Shown: one piece after another, positions 1-11,610 of the stretch
Position numbering within the stretch: the stretch's first letter is position 1
How the letters are laid out: the number at the start of each line of letters is the position of its first letter
Assembly: GCF_001194135.2 (NCBI RefSeq)
Contig: NC_068989.1
Coordinates: 80,373,324-80,420,140, forward strand
Direction of reading: 5' to 3'
Origin: Octopus bimaculoides
Lineage: Eukaryota
Length of the DNA stretch: 46,817 nt
Position numbers and translations under genes: made by a program
The notes under the pieces: generated by a model
Told to the model about the DNA's origin: nothing
The model's input: only the letters and a program-made list of their open reading frames with translations
Database searches by the model: none

Positions 1-28
1 TGTATATATATATCTATATATATATATT

Positions 29-103
<75 letters not shown>

Positions 104-130
104 ATGTATGTATGTATGTATATATGTATA
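1..130. repeat. Compound microsatellite (TA)n-(TG)n-(TATG)n
   Basis: Directly visible simple repeats. Confidence 0.97.
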
Positions 131-744
131 CACATGGAGATACTAAGGCCATTAACAAACAAATAGTCTGTTACATATTTTTCAGCGAAAATTTCAGAGA
201 AACGTTCAAAAAGAATAGAGGCCAAGGTTTTTATACTATTGTATTTACAGTAAAGAGGGGGGAAATTAAGCAGCATAATCGCCGATGGAAGCTGTCTCTG
301 CGGACCAGAAGCTCCAGAAACATAATTAATATTCAAATTTCTTTTCATTTTAACAATTGCAAGTTCTATAGTAAGTTTGTTCTTAATCTCTGTACGAGGT
401 GTCAGCAAGATAAAGTAACAATAATTATATTATTTTCTCAGCTGTTGCTGTCCTTATTTCTATCGTAATTATATTTTCTCTTTTCGTTTTCGCTGTCAAG
501 CTTAACTGAAAGTTTCTTTTTGTATTTTATCTTGATCGACGCTTCACTGTTCTACATTTAAGTCTCCTGAGACTATTCCTTTCTTTTTTACGCCAATATC
601 GTTCGTGTATCCTAATCTAAACAATTACCCATAACAGATTATACATGATTCAGCTTATTATACCCCCAACAAAGAATGTATACTCAGTCTAATCCTCTTT
701 CATACTTTACGTAATCGCTGAGCCATTTAAGCAACCATCATCAT

Positions 745-980
745 TATCGGCAGAATGGTAAGAACGAATATCGCAAATGCTTTGCGATCTTCATTTCTGG
801 TTGTTATGTTCAGAGTTCAAATCCCACCGAGGTAAACATTGTCATTTATTCTTTTTATTTATTTATGTTTTGATTCGATGATATAAAGTACCAGTCAAGT
901 ACTGTATTGAGGTTGATGGTATCGAATAACTCCGTTCCTTCAAAGTTACTGATCTTGTGGTTAGATTAGAAATTATTATT
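745..980 (+). mobile_element. Degenerate tRNA-derived SINE, family A
   Basis: ggcagaatggtaag (A-box-like), gttcagagttcaaatccc (B-box-like) and the aagtaccag...tgaggttgat module; colinear with the well-preserved copy at 9998-10225. Confidence 0.6.
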
Positions 981-1164
981 GTTGCTGTTGGATTTTACTA
1001 CAACGGGTTGCTTAGCAATCTATGAAGGATTAATGACGAGAAATACTGACGACGTTCTCAGGAACGTGCTTGTCGATGAAAACTAGCGGGCTAGTCTGTC
1101 TTGGAAGACATTTGGGGACTACTACGGATAACTTCTACAAGTCCTTCGCTTGCCAACGCTCTCG

Positions 1165-1445
1165 AGCTGTAACTGTGGCACAGATTATGTCAGAATGTCT
1201 TAAGTTGTCCCAGGGAGAAGATAAGAATAGAATTATGATCACATTGTGAAAGTTTTACATTGGAAGCTGTCAGAAATGGGAATTTGAAGCAGGAAGTACA
1301 TGGTACAATCGTCAGACACGAAGAATGCTTGCGTGGGACTTTGAAGTATTTTCCAGCTCAAACGCATAAGACAGAATATAGTAAGCCAGATATTACAATA
1401 ATAAACATGGAAAATCGAATTTCTAAGTGGGTGTTCTTCGGATGC
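1165..1445 (+). mobile_element. R4/Dong-like non-LTR retrotransposon 3' fragment (zinc-knuckle region plus restriction-like endonuclease), frameshifted
   Basis: Manual translation across frameshifts gives TVAQIMSECLKLSQGEDKNR / YDHIVKVLHWKL / WEFEAGSTWYN / LAWDFEVF / KPDITII. This follows the H-x3-C ... RHD ... WDF ... PD order of RLE-type LINEs. Confidence 0.75.
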
Positions 1446-1449
1446 TAGT

Positions 1450-1860
1450 GTCGCTTCTTTGTTCCCCTTAATTCAGTGATGTTATTAGTAATTTGGAGTA
1501 TATTCAGTGTGGACATAATCCAAGAATGTAGCACCATTTCATATGCTTTTTGCAACAGGTCATCTTCATTGCTACGCCAGTACGTCATATCTTGGAATTT
1601 CTTGCAGCCATGTTGATTAATAGTTGACCTTTTGTTTCGTGAATTTCTCCGTTTGTGAGAATAAACCTCCGTTCTTCCAAGTGTGCCAAGCTCTTATCGG
1701 CAAAAGTTGTTAAGAATTTCTATTGAAGTGGCAAACAAGTAGTTTGAGATTTCAGCACCTTTCCGTTTGTCTTTTGTAAGGATTGCCTTATCCTTAATCA
1801 TCCAATCTGGGATAAATTCACCAGACACCTTACAGTCCCCCTAACCCGGATGTCATCGGT
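1450..1860 (-). mobile_element. R4/Dong-like reverse transcriptase fragment, decayed
   Basis: Minus strand reads IPDWMIKDKAILTKDKRKGAEISNY and LQKAYEMVLHSWIMSTL (plus 1520-1550), resembling the PEWM...KD..KG...NYRPI and KKAYDMVPHSWI motifs. Confidence 0.75.
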
Positions 1861-2227
1861 TAAATTATTTGAATGCTTATTACACTATAAACTTTGAGGT
1901 GAATGCTATGTCGATCTGTTGTTTTGGTTTTCTCAATTCGTTTTCTACTCCTTATTCACACCTTACTTCTTCGTAATAGATATCTTTCTTGTTCCATATA
2001 TCACTTCAAATATTTTTGCATCTCTCCGCTTCCCTCTGCATCTCCTCCCTTTCTTCTGCATCTTTCTGCTTTCTTCTGTATCTTTCCTCTTCCATTTGCA
2101 TCGTACTTAATCGTTGTGTCTTTATATTCCCTCCAGTTTTTAAAACAATCTCTACTGATTATTTTGAAATAACCTGTCGTGCTGAAACTGATCTATTTTG
2201 TTCTCATATCGTTTTATCTTCACTGTC

Positions 2228-2228
2228 T

Positions 2229-2303
<75 letters not shown>
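2228..2303. repeat. (CT)n microsatellite
   Basis: Directly visible. Confidence 0.97.
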
Positions 2304-2305
<2 letters not shown>

Positions 2306-2699
2306 ATCTTTACTGTCATTCTTCGTTTCAGTTCTCATATTACATTTATTCCTCTCCTTCGTTTTTCACATTGTATTTGTTTTTCCAGTGTTTTAATAAC
2401 TTTTCGCTTTCCAGTGCACCTTCTTTAAGAAACTGTAGATTACTCATTTCCCGTATCAAGATTTTGATACTATCGTATATCCGTCTTTTCCATCAAAATA
2501 TTCGTCAGTTCGTTTATGTTTTATCTATCTTGTAAGCCATCTCTTTCGCTACCACTCCTGCTACATTTTTATAGAGGTTATTTACCGATAGGAGAGAAAT
2601 AAATGAAACCTATCCCATGACAATGTCAGTAGATTTTGTTTTTTTACTATCATTCTATCATATCATCTAAGTTTGGAAGACTTCTAATTAATATTTTGT

Positions 2700-3340
2700 T
2701 TAAGTTGGTCCAATATTTTATTCAATAATTCCGTCTCCTTGTTCACTCCGACTGTCCTGCTTACATCTTCGACTTTATTGCCTCTTTACCCTACTCACTG
2801 CTCTTCTTCAATGTGATTGTATGACTCATTTTCTGTGTCTATAATTCCTTTACTTACACAGTTTCATTGTGGTCCTCTACTAAGTGTCATATTTCCTGTT
2901 TTATTTCCATTTCCAGGTTAGATAGGTAGTCATTGTGCTTTATATAACGTGCTTGCCAAGATTTTTTTCGCCTTTACTCTCTCTTAGTTGGTTCGGTCAT
3001 AAGCTAGTATTTCATTTATAAACTTGTTTAAATGCTTCTCCCATCTTTCTAGTTCACTATCATTTTGCGCCTGTATAACTACTTGGTGGTTTATTTTATC
3101 CAAACCAAGGGTCTTATTTAGAATAATAGGATGACTATCGATGTGGAAATACTGGCATCAGCTTCCTGTTGCCCGTCACAGCTTAATCTCCACGGGTTCG
3201 ACTTCCAGTCTCGGGGTTATTTGTACTCTTATTATTTGATACTTCCACTCTAGATTAGTTTAGTGTTATAACGTGGTGTCACCACCAATATTCTTAGACA
3301 CCAATCCCAGAAGAGGACTCCTTCTTGTAACAGATCCATT
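2700..3340 (-). mobile_element. Possible highly decayed RTE-like LINE fragment (EN-RT linker)
   Basis: Minus-strand pieces ELERWEKHLNKFINEN and EAIKSKM*AGQS resemble RTE RW.E.F..LLN and KA.G.SG motifs; many stops. Confidence 0.4.
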
Positions 3341-3409
3341 CTCACCAGTGACTACATCGCCCCCAAGGAGAAACAGATATCTAGATTATGAGCAATTGTG
3401 TTAGGATAT

Positions 3410-3627
3410 TGGTTTCACATTTTGGCACAAGATCAACAAACTCGAGGGAGCGGGGTAAGTCGATTACATCAACCCCAGTGATCAGCTGGTACTTATTTCA
3501 TCGATCCCTAAAGGATGAAAAGCAATGTTGACCTCGGCTGAATTTGAACTCAGAACATAAAGATGGACGAAATGCAACTAAGCATTTTTCTGGCGTTTTA
3601 ATGATTCTTCCAGCTGGCCGCCTTGGC
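3410..3627 (-). mobile_element. SINE family A, tail type 3, with a 13-bp TSD
   Basis: Full head and central module. Flanks tgtgttaggatat (3397-3409) and tgtgttagaatat (3628-3640), 1 mismatch. Confidence 0.88.
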
Positions 3628-3893
3628 TGTGTTAGAATATCAATAAGAAAATACAACCTTTAATCCACGGATTTCCAATCTCATTCTCCCTTCTACGGAT
3701 AGACTTTGTAAGTAGCTTAATCTGGATAACATAGTGTAGATATGATCTGAATATGAGAGGTTTTTGCAAAACCGTTTTTGCACCGCCTATTCGATGTCGT
3801 TGGCTCAACGCTTATTTCACGTCAAATGTTTTGACCCGGGAGCTATTGACACCATCAAAATGTTGTTTTATCTAGTTAAATATTCACAAACTT

Positions 3894-4090
3894 AAGGCGG
3901 CGAGCTGGCAGAATCATTAGCACGCCGGGCGAAATACTTAGCGGTATTTCGTCTGTATTTACGTTCTGAGTTCAGGTTTCGCCGAGGTCGACTTTGACTT
4001 TCAAAGTACCAGTTGCGTACTGAGGTCGATCTAATCGACTGGTCTCCTCCCCAAAAATTTCGGGCCTTGTGCCTAGAGTAGAAAAGAATA
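3894..4090 (+). mobile_element. SINE family A, tail type 1, internal deletion, probable TSD
   Basis: aaggcggcgagctggcagaatc head; lacks tcctttcggggtcgataaatt. Flanks aatattcacaaactt (3879-3893) and aatattaacaatctt (4087-4101). Confidence 0.9.
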
Positions 4091-4343
4091 TTAACAATCT
4101 TGTAATCACAACTAAACTGCTCGGCAGCAAAATTTTGTTCAGTATTATAACAATTAGTTATAACATTTGGCCATCAAAATTTCAACAGCAAAATAGTTTG
4201 ATGATACAGAAAATATTCTCATTTAAGTTGACCAGAAATAATACTAATTCGTGAAACAATGGAACCGAGTTATAACTTTCCAGATTTCAGATTGTCGTTT
4301 TGTATTTGAAATCATAAAACGCTGTTTTAGTTAACACAATATA

Positions 4344-4562
4344 AAGTAATCCCTCGACTATCGTTGGTGTCACGTTCCAAAACCTCCCACGGAAATAATT
4401 AAAATCTAAAAAAAATTTGAACACTTATCGGCCGCAGAAACCTGCGATATACTGAGGAGTCTGCAACATAAATTTACATATATTAGCTAGAAAAATCCGC
4501 GGTGTACTGAGTGCAAGAAAGGTGAACTGTGATGTACTGAGTGCGCTATAGGTGAACTGCTG
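4344..4562 (+). mobile_element. Possible decayed pogo/Tigger-like MITE
   Basis: Starts TA-(c)agtaatccctcgactatcg, similar to pogo/Tigger ends as I recall them; ends ctg-TA. The right end is degenerate and locally duplicated (tgtactgagtgc...aggtgaactg x2). Confidence 0.35.
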
Positions 4563-5618
4563 TAATGATTGTAGTCTGAAGAAATGTGAAAAATTCTTTT
4601 TAGACTTCTTTTTCTTTTTCCCTTACGTGCGTTGCTTACCAGCAATTTTCTATTTTTGATTCACCATATGTTATCTAAAGTTTTTTTTTAAAGAAATAAG
4701 GAAAACAAGATAAAAGCTTTTAATGAGTCATAAACTAGATATACAGATATATACGCTGTAGGTACATTTAAAGTACACACACAATCTTAAGTTGAAATAG
4801 TTTTCTTTTAAAGAGAGTTAGAGTCAACAAAGCTGAAGCTTCTTTGATGATGAATTCTTATTTAGGCAGCAGGTGTGAGGGGGAAAAAAACGTCGTGACA
4901 TTCATGGTTATCATAGAGAAATGGACTGAAAATAAATTACTTCAGAAATGTAAATTGAGATTGTACTTGATTCTCTGATACTTTACCTACTACATAGCAG
5001 CACTTTCTGTTTGAACTTCATTGCATTCACTTCATTAACCTCGGAGGGTCTCAAATTCAGAGCGACGACAAAGATATTCGATTGAACTTACGTTTATTAC
5101 TGTTAATTGTTTTAATCGACAGTGTATAAAGGAAAAAAAAACAAAGTCGACACCGATAATAACTGAAATGAGAACACGTAATATAGTGTAATATTCAGCA
5201 GGTGGCACTGTCTCTGATAAATCTTGAGCTTAACTCTTTCTACTATGGGCGAAAAGACTGAAGTTTGTGGGTACGGGGATAACTACTCAGTAGAATACGA
5301 ACCCGGTTCTAGATGAATTAGAATTAACTCTGCCATGTAGAGCACCCTGGTTTAAAGAACGTTACCGTCTTTTAATGGATCCAGTAATAGAGATGAAACT
5401 AATCGTGAATTCGCAATGTCCACGGAGTGATAAAATACATTTGCATTGTTTAAACATTGCTGCAATGCTAAAAATTGTAGCTATCACTTTAAATTTTCTG
5501 ATAATACAATAGGCGTTACGCGTTGGTCATTCATTAATTAATAAGCACTTTGCACAGAAAGTAACTTGTCCAAATTAAACTGTCGATTTATCGAAGTTCT
5601 TTCTTGCGTTCGATACAT

Positions 5619-5666
5619 ACAAATATATATATATATATATATATACATATATCGAGAGAGAGAGAC

Positions 5667-5717
<51 letters not shown>

Positions 5718-6518
5718 TATAAATATATCTATATAACATATACTATATATATATATATATACATACAATGAACCATCATTTGTCGTTCTCCACAAGTGGA
5801 TCCATTATATATAAATATATCGATTTATATATACTATATATATATACATATATATATATGCACATATATATACATTTATATATNNNNNNNNNNNNNNNNN
5901 NNNNNNNNNNNNNNNNNNNNNNNNNNNNNNNNNNNNNNNNNNNNNNNNNNNNNNNNNNNNNNNNNNNNNNNNNNNNNNNNNNNNNNNNNNNNNNNNNNNN
6001 NNNNNNNNNNNNNNNNNNNNNNNNNNNNNNNNNNNNNNNNNNNNNNNNNNNNNNNNNNNNNNNNNNNNNNNNNNNNNNNNNNNNNNNNNNNNNNNNNNNN
6101 NNNNNNNNNNNNNNNNNNNNNNNNNNNNNNNNNNNNNNNNNNNNNNNNNNNNNNNNNNNNNNNNNNNNNNNNNNNNNNNNNNNNNNNNNNNNNNNNNNNN
6201 NNNNNNNNNNNNNNNNNNNNNNNNNNNNNNNNNNNNNNNNNNNNNNNNNNNNNNNNNNNNNNNNNNNNNNNNNNNNNNNNNNNNNNNNNNNNNNNNNNNN
6301 NNNNNNNNNNNNNNNNNNNNNNNNNNNNNNNNNNNNNNNNNNNNNNNNNNNNNNNNNNNNNNNNNNNNNNNNNNNNNNNNNNNNNNNNNNNNNNNNNNNN
6401 NNNNNNNNNNNNNNNNNNNNNNNNNNNNNNNNNNNNNNNNNNNNNNNNNNNNNNNNNNNNNNNNNNNNNNNNNNNNNNNNNNNNNNNNNNNNNNNNNNNN
6501 NNNNNNNNNNNNNNNNNN

Positions 6519-6571
<53 letters not shown>
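5619..6571. repeat. Compound (TA)n/(GA)n/(TG)n microsatellites around gap 5884-6518
   Basis: Directly visible. Confidence 0.95.
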
Positions 6572-6573
<2 letters not shown>

Positions 6574-6917
6574 CGAAAAGCTATCAATCTCTTTTGCGGC
6601 AGTGGGGAGAATAGGCACTGGTTCTGTGATGAATCTCCAAATAGAAATAAAACTAGTCACGCAAATATTAAATTTTTCGTTTCATATTTGTTTACACTTC
6701 TTTATATTTTGTGTCAAATTTAAAATTGCAGATATAACATATTAAAATTGCAGATGTAACATATTAAAACTCTATGAAGACCATAATTTAATTAATTAAA
6801 AATAAATGTTTTCAATTACGTATTATTTGAGTAACAGGTTAATCTCATCATCAGATTATATTTCATTTTCACGATTAAACAAACATTATTTATGCAGATC
6901 ATTTATGGTCTCCGTAT

Positions 6918-7213
6918 CACCGGGTGGTTTAGAAGTTCACTTCGCAATCAAGAGGCTCCCGGTTTTGCTTCCATTGCATGGTATCTTGGGAAGATATCTT
7001 GTAGATGGAAACAGAGAGGAATCCTGTTGAATGGGTTTTACTTCTAATTGAAGCCATGACTTTGTAGCACGTTCTATCACGTGGATTCTCTGAGATCTAT
7101 ATTAATCTTAAACGTGTTTGTGCAGTATTCAGTCATTTACCCGCTAATTCGCTCAAAAGAAAATTAAGTCGATTGATCATTTGAATCCTTGTCGTCGAAA
7201 ACGACGAAGATCC
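6918..7213 (+). mobile_element. Old hybrid SINE: family-B-like head plus family-C 3' module
   Basis: Head gtggtttagaagttcacttcgcaatc...tcttgggaagatatctt resembles family B. 3' part tcacgtggattctctgagatc...gtcgtcgaaaacgacg aligns by eye to 34795-34940. Confidence 0.55.
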
Positions 7214-7674
7214 ATTATTATAGATGCTTTCATACAATTTCATAAAAAAAGATCAAAATATCCATGAACAAGGCTTTTGTTATTGAAGTCAGGAGACTAT
7301 GGAAAGTTTTTGACTTCTATCAATAAACTTCCAATATTAACATCAATTAAAATTCATGTTTTGTATTACTAATATAGAGTCTAAACATGTAAATATTAAT
7401 TAGATATTCTGTTACTAACATACCATATAACTAACTTAATATGTTTTGATGAAATGTAATCTTAGCTAATACCTAGACAATCTATTAATCAAATTTTACA
7501 TAATAACTGAATGAGTAGTCTGTTGTGTAAGATAAAGTGACGTGTCTCAAGTTTGAATTTCCATAACAAATAACTTCAAACATCATAATACGATAGAATT
7601 TTATTATTTAATTATTTAGTATTAAAATAGCAAATTGAATTATCTTGGAACACAACCAATAATATATATTTTAC

Positions 7675-7806
7675 CTGCAAGGCAAATGTTGGCATGGGGA
7701 AGACGGTAAAAACTGCCGGTTTGCTCACCGGAGATCCCGCCAAAACTACAGAGCCTTAAGGAGAAAAACTTACCTGAGGAAAGACAAAAAATATGCAAAA
7801 GAAGTG
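7675..7806 (-). other. Candidate recursive splice site (polypyrimidine-CAG|GTAAGT) with a 99-nt RS-exon-like segment
   Basis: Minus strand: cttcttttgcatattttttgtctttcctCAG|GTAAGT at 7776-7768. Downstream donors CCG|GTGAGC (7728/7727) and CAG|GTAAAA (7675/7674). No transcript evidence. Confidence 0.45.
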
Positions 7807-7849
7807 CGCTCTTCAGAAGTTATAACCAGCCGAAATTGCGAAGATCACC

Positions 7850-7961
7850 TTTTACATTTCCTTCAATACTAGTACATTTTATAGATTCCGAAAGGATAAA
7901 AAGTGAAGTTGGCCTTAACGAAATTAGAACTTGGAGTGCAGACATCTGGAACAAATACCGC
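7850..7961 (+). repeat. 112-bp exact duplicate of 11455-11566, abutting a gap
   Basis: Base-by-base identity from ttttacatttcc to aacaaataccgc. Confidence 0.95.
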
Positions 7962-8418
7962 NNNNNNNNNNNNNNNNNNNNNNNNNNNNNNNNNNNNNNN
8001 NNNNNNNNNNNNNNNNNNNNNNNNNNNNNNNNNNNNNNNNNNNNNNNNNNNNNNNNNNNNNNNNNNNNNNNNNNNNNNNNNNNNNNNNNNNNNNNNNNNN
8101 NNNNNNNNNNNNNNNNNNNNNNNNNNNNNNNNNNNNNNNNNNNNNNNNNNNNNNNNNNNNNNNNNNNNNNNNNNNNNNNNNNNNNNNNNNNNNNNNNNNN
8201 NNNNNNNNNNNNNNNNNNNNNNNNNNNNNNNNNNNNNNNNNNNNNNNNNNNNNNNNNNNNNNNNNNNNNNNNNNNNNNNNNNNNNNNNNNNNNNNNNNNN
8301 NNNNNNNNNNNNNNNNNNNNNNNNNNNNNNNNNNNNNNNNNNNNNNNNNNNNNNNNNNNNNNNNNNNNNNNNNNNNNNNNNNNNNNNNNNNNNNNNNNNN
8401 NNNNNNNNNNNNNNNNNN

Positions 8419-8560
8419 ATGCATGTATGTATGTATGCATGCATGCATGCATGTATGTATATATGTATGTATGTATATATGTATGTATGTATGCATGCAT
8501 GCATGTATGTATGTATGTATGTATGTATGTATGTATGTATGTATGTATGTATGTATGCAT
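8419..8560. repeat. (TATG)n/(CATG)n microsatellite
   Basis: Directly visible. Confidence 0.95.
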
Positions 8561-9079
8561 AGGTTTCTTGTTATAGATGTCTACAGAACCGTATTAGATA
8601 ATATTTTCTTCAGAAGACAGTAGAGCATTATTTAAGGAAGACTTTGTTACTCTTCCTATCAGATCGAGCGACTATACATATCCTTTCTCGTTGGCACGAC
8701 GCACATTTTGATGGCGGTCAACAACAATTGAGTGTATAGGAGACACAAGGAATTTTCCTATCGAGAAATGTTAATAGTTATAATCATTTACATCTATTTA
8801 CATTTAGAACGTAAATGATGGGTGTAGACTGGTAAATAGAAAACGTTGGCGAAACAGAGTTTTACTAACTGCGTCAGGGTCTTCGCCATGTTTCATGTTC
8901 GTATGTTTTAAGACATTAAGTAATATAAACTATTTTCTTTTGTTACGAAAATTTCACATTTGCATCAGATAAATTTATAACTAAAGAATCACTTATGAAA
9001 AACGTAGTTTATAATTTACAATATATCTTTGGATAATAACGTGTCAGAAATATTATACCAACTTATGATAGAAAATGTC

Positions 9080-9190
9080 GGAGTATATACACACACACAT
9101 ATACATACATATATATATATATATATGTACATGTGTATTATGTATGTACATATATATGATTGCTCGTGTGTGAGTGTTTGTGTATGTGTG

Positions 9191-9246
<56 letters not shown>

Positions 9247-9525
9247 CGTGCGTGTGTGTGTACGCATGTACAAACGTTGAGTATAGTTTCTCTTTTGCAT
9301 AGAAATTGTCGGAGTATAATTACATGCATGCCATACATACATATATGAATATATATACATATATATATATATGTATGTATATATGTATGTATGTATGTAT
9401 GTGTGTGTGTATGTACGCAAGTATGTATATATGTAAACATATGAGAAAGAGAAAGAATGCGTTGAGGAAAGAGAGAGAGACTGATAGACAGACAGACAGA
9501 CAGACAGACGGACGGATAGACAGAC
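9080..9525. repeat. Compound microsatellite field (CA, TA, TG, TATG, GA, CAGA, CGGA)
   Basis: Directly visible. Confidence 0.9.
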
Positions 9526-9760
9526 AACTTATTAAATGTTTAAATCTTGAGAAACAGCAGGAATATCTGTTAAAATACATTAAAAGATGAAAAGCATATT
9601 TTCGTATTTGTTATGCTAGAAAAATAGTTAGGCATTTAATCTAAGAGATAAGTAAATTTACATGAATCTTTTCCAGTGATGGTCATGGTGATAATGATGA
9701 TGAGAAAATGTAATTGATGATGATCATGATGATAATGAGAAGGATTTAAATATAATAATG

Positions 9761-9973
9761 AGTTCAAATTTTGGCACATGACCAGCAATTCCGGGGTAGG
9801 AGCTAAGTCGATTAAATCGACCTCAGTACACAACTGGTACTTATTTTATCGACCCGGAAAGGATGAAACGCAAAGTCGACCTGGGAGGAAATTGAACCCA
9901 GAACGTAAAGACGGACGAAATGCCGTTAAGTATTTTCTCCGGCCCAGTAACGATTCTACTAATTTGCCAGCTT
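9761..9973 (-). mobile_element. SINE family A, tail type 3
   Basis: Reverse complement of the family A head and module; tail ttcaaattttggcacatgaccagcaatt. Confidence 0.88.
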
Positions 9974-9997
9974 CTAAAATAATATTAATCACTTCTA

Positions 9998-10225
9998 AGG
10001 CGCCGAGCTGGCAGAAACGTTAGCACGCCGGGCGAAATGTTTATCGGTATTTCGTCTGTCTTTACGTTCCGAGTTCAAATTCCGCCGAGGTCGACTTTGC
10101 CTTTCATCCTTTCGGGGTCGATAAATTAAGTACCAGTTGCGTACTGGGGTCGATCTAATCGACTGACNNNNNNNNNNCCGCTCCCAAAACATTCGGGCTT
10201 TGTGCCTAGAGTAGAAAAGAATAAT
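9998..10225 (+). mobile_element. SINE family A, tail type 1, near-consensus copy
   Basis: A-box-like tggcagaaacgttag, B-box-like gagttcaaattcc, central gcctttcatcctttcggggtcgataaattaagtaccag (resembles the Meta/MESC SINE domain as I recall it), tail tgtgcctagagtagaaaagaat. Confidence 0.93.
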
Positions 10226-10437
10226 TATTTCAAATATTGACACAAAGCAGAGCAATTTCGAGGGAGGGTGTAAGACGATTGCCTCAACCCCCGTTTTCAA
10301 CTGGTACTTATTTTTATCGATTCCGAAAGGGATGAGAAGCAAAGTCGACCTCGGCACAACTCTCAGCGTTAAGATGGACAAATTGTCACAAAGCATTTTG
10401 TTCAGCATGCTAACGATTTTGCCAGCTCGCTGCCTAT
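10226..10437 (-). mobile_element. SINE family A, older copy, tail type 3
   Basis: actggtacttatttttatcga...aaagtcgacctcggc...gccagctcgctgcct. Confidence 0.82.
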
Positions 10438-10461
10438 CGCCTTTTATTTTTCTTTCTTTTA

Positions 10462-10651
10462 TTCTTTTACCGGTTTCAGTCATTTGACTGCAGCCATGCT
10501 GGAGCACCGCCTTTAGTCGAGCAAATCGACCCCATGACTTATTCTTTGTAAGCCTAGTACTTATTCTATCGTAACTGCTAAGTTACAGGGACGTAAACAC
10601 ACCAGCATCGGTTGTCAAGCGATGGTGGGAGGGACAAACACGGACACACAA

Positions 10652-10699
<48 letters not shown>

Positions 10700-10858
10700 G
10701 ATGGGCTTCTTTCAGTTTCCATCTACCAAATCCACTCACAAGGCTTTGGTCGGCCCGAGGCTATGGTAGAAAACACTCGCCCAAGGTGCCATCCAGTGGG
10801 ACTGAACACGGAACCATGTGGTTGGTTAGCAAGCTACTTACCACACAGCCACCCTGCG
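10462..10858 (-). mobile_element. Full-length SINE family B (tRNA head, CORE-like domain, internal microsatellite, 3' tail)
   Basis: On minus: gtggtaagtagcttgctaaccaaccacatggttcc head, ggcaccttgggcgagtgt CORE-like box, internal (TA)n(TG)n, tail ending ggcggtgctccagcatggc...gactgaaac. May match the published octopus CORE-SINE OR2 (unverified). Confidence 0.92.
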
Positions 10859-11439
10859 CAATAATAAAAATTGAAATGGTTTATAATTCAGGAAGAAGGC
10901 CAGAAATTTTAAGTAGAGTGATAAGTTGGTTCCAACGACTCAGCACACGTCGTCGTAAGAAAAGCAAAATTTACCTCAGTAGATTTTGAACTCCGAGGGT
11001 ATAGATCCTAAGGTAATATTGCGAGAAATTGGGAGTTTGGGTTTTTTTTTCCTCAGAAGCGCTAGTGACTCTAGTAACAATTGCTTCAAATTTTGACACA
11101 AGGCCAGTAATTTTTTTCTGGGTGGGTGGACAAGTTGATGGCAATGAATAATAATGATAATTTCTAATTGAGTCACAAAGCTGTAAATTTGCAAGGAGAG
11201 GATTATATCATCGCCAGTACCTGGCTGGATCTACATAGAAATGGTGATTATCGTATGTTATAGTTTATTAAGAGGGAATGATCTCGACTAATGATTCGAG
11301 TTTACTATAAAGTCTTGATTTCTGATTGAATTTAGTTTCAACTTTTTTACTCTTCATATCATTGGACAAGACAAAAATATCTGAAAATATTATGTCTTGT
11401 ACTTTTAGAACTCAGATAGCTAGAAGAAATATCACAAGG

Positions 11440-11610
11440 CATTAAGTCCCAACGTTTTACATTTCCTTCAATACTAGTACATTTTATAGATTCCGAAAGG
11501 ATAAAAAGTGAAGTTGGCCTTAACGAAATTAGAACTTGGAGTGCAGACATCTGGAACAAATACCGCGAATCATTCCGTCCAAAGATTTAACGATTGCGTC
11601 AAGTCACCAC
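11440..11610 (-). mobile_element. Highly diverged SINE family A copy
   Basis: tactagtacattttatagattccgaaaggataaaaagtgaagttggcc...aaataccgc aligns loosely to the family A reverse complement. Confidence 0.6.

Noticed and set aside
28-468. 126-aa and 140-aa ORFs; possible plus-strand exon at about 251-370 (ttacag / gtaagt)
   Set aside because: Both ORFs run into microsatellite, no recognisable domain, and the acceptor is weak.
5768-8623. Long ORFs (200-325 aa) in the six-frame track, also those at about 12.1-13.1, 16.7-17.5, 21.5-22.0 and 27.4-28.3 kb
   Set aside because: They consist of N-runs and microsatellite translations (CVCV, YIYI, THTH, LSIY); not coding evidence.
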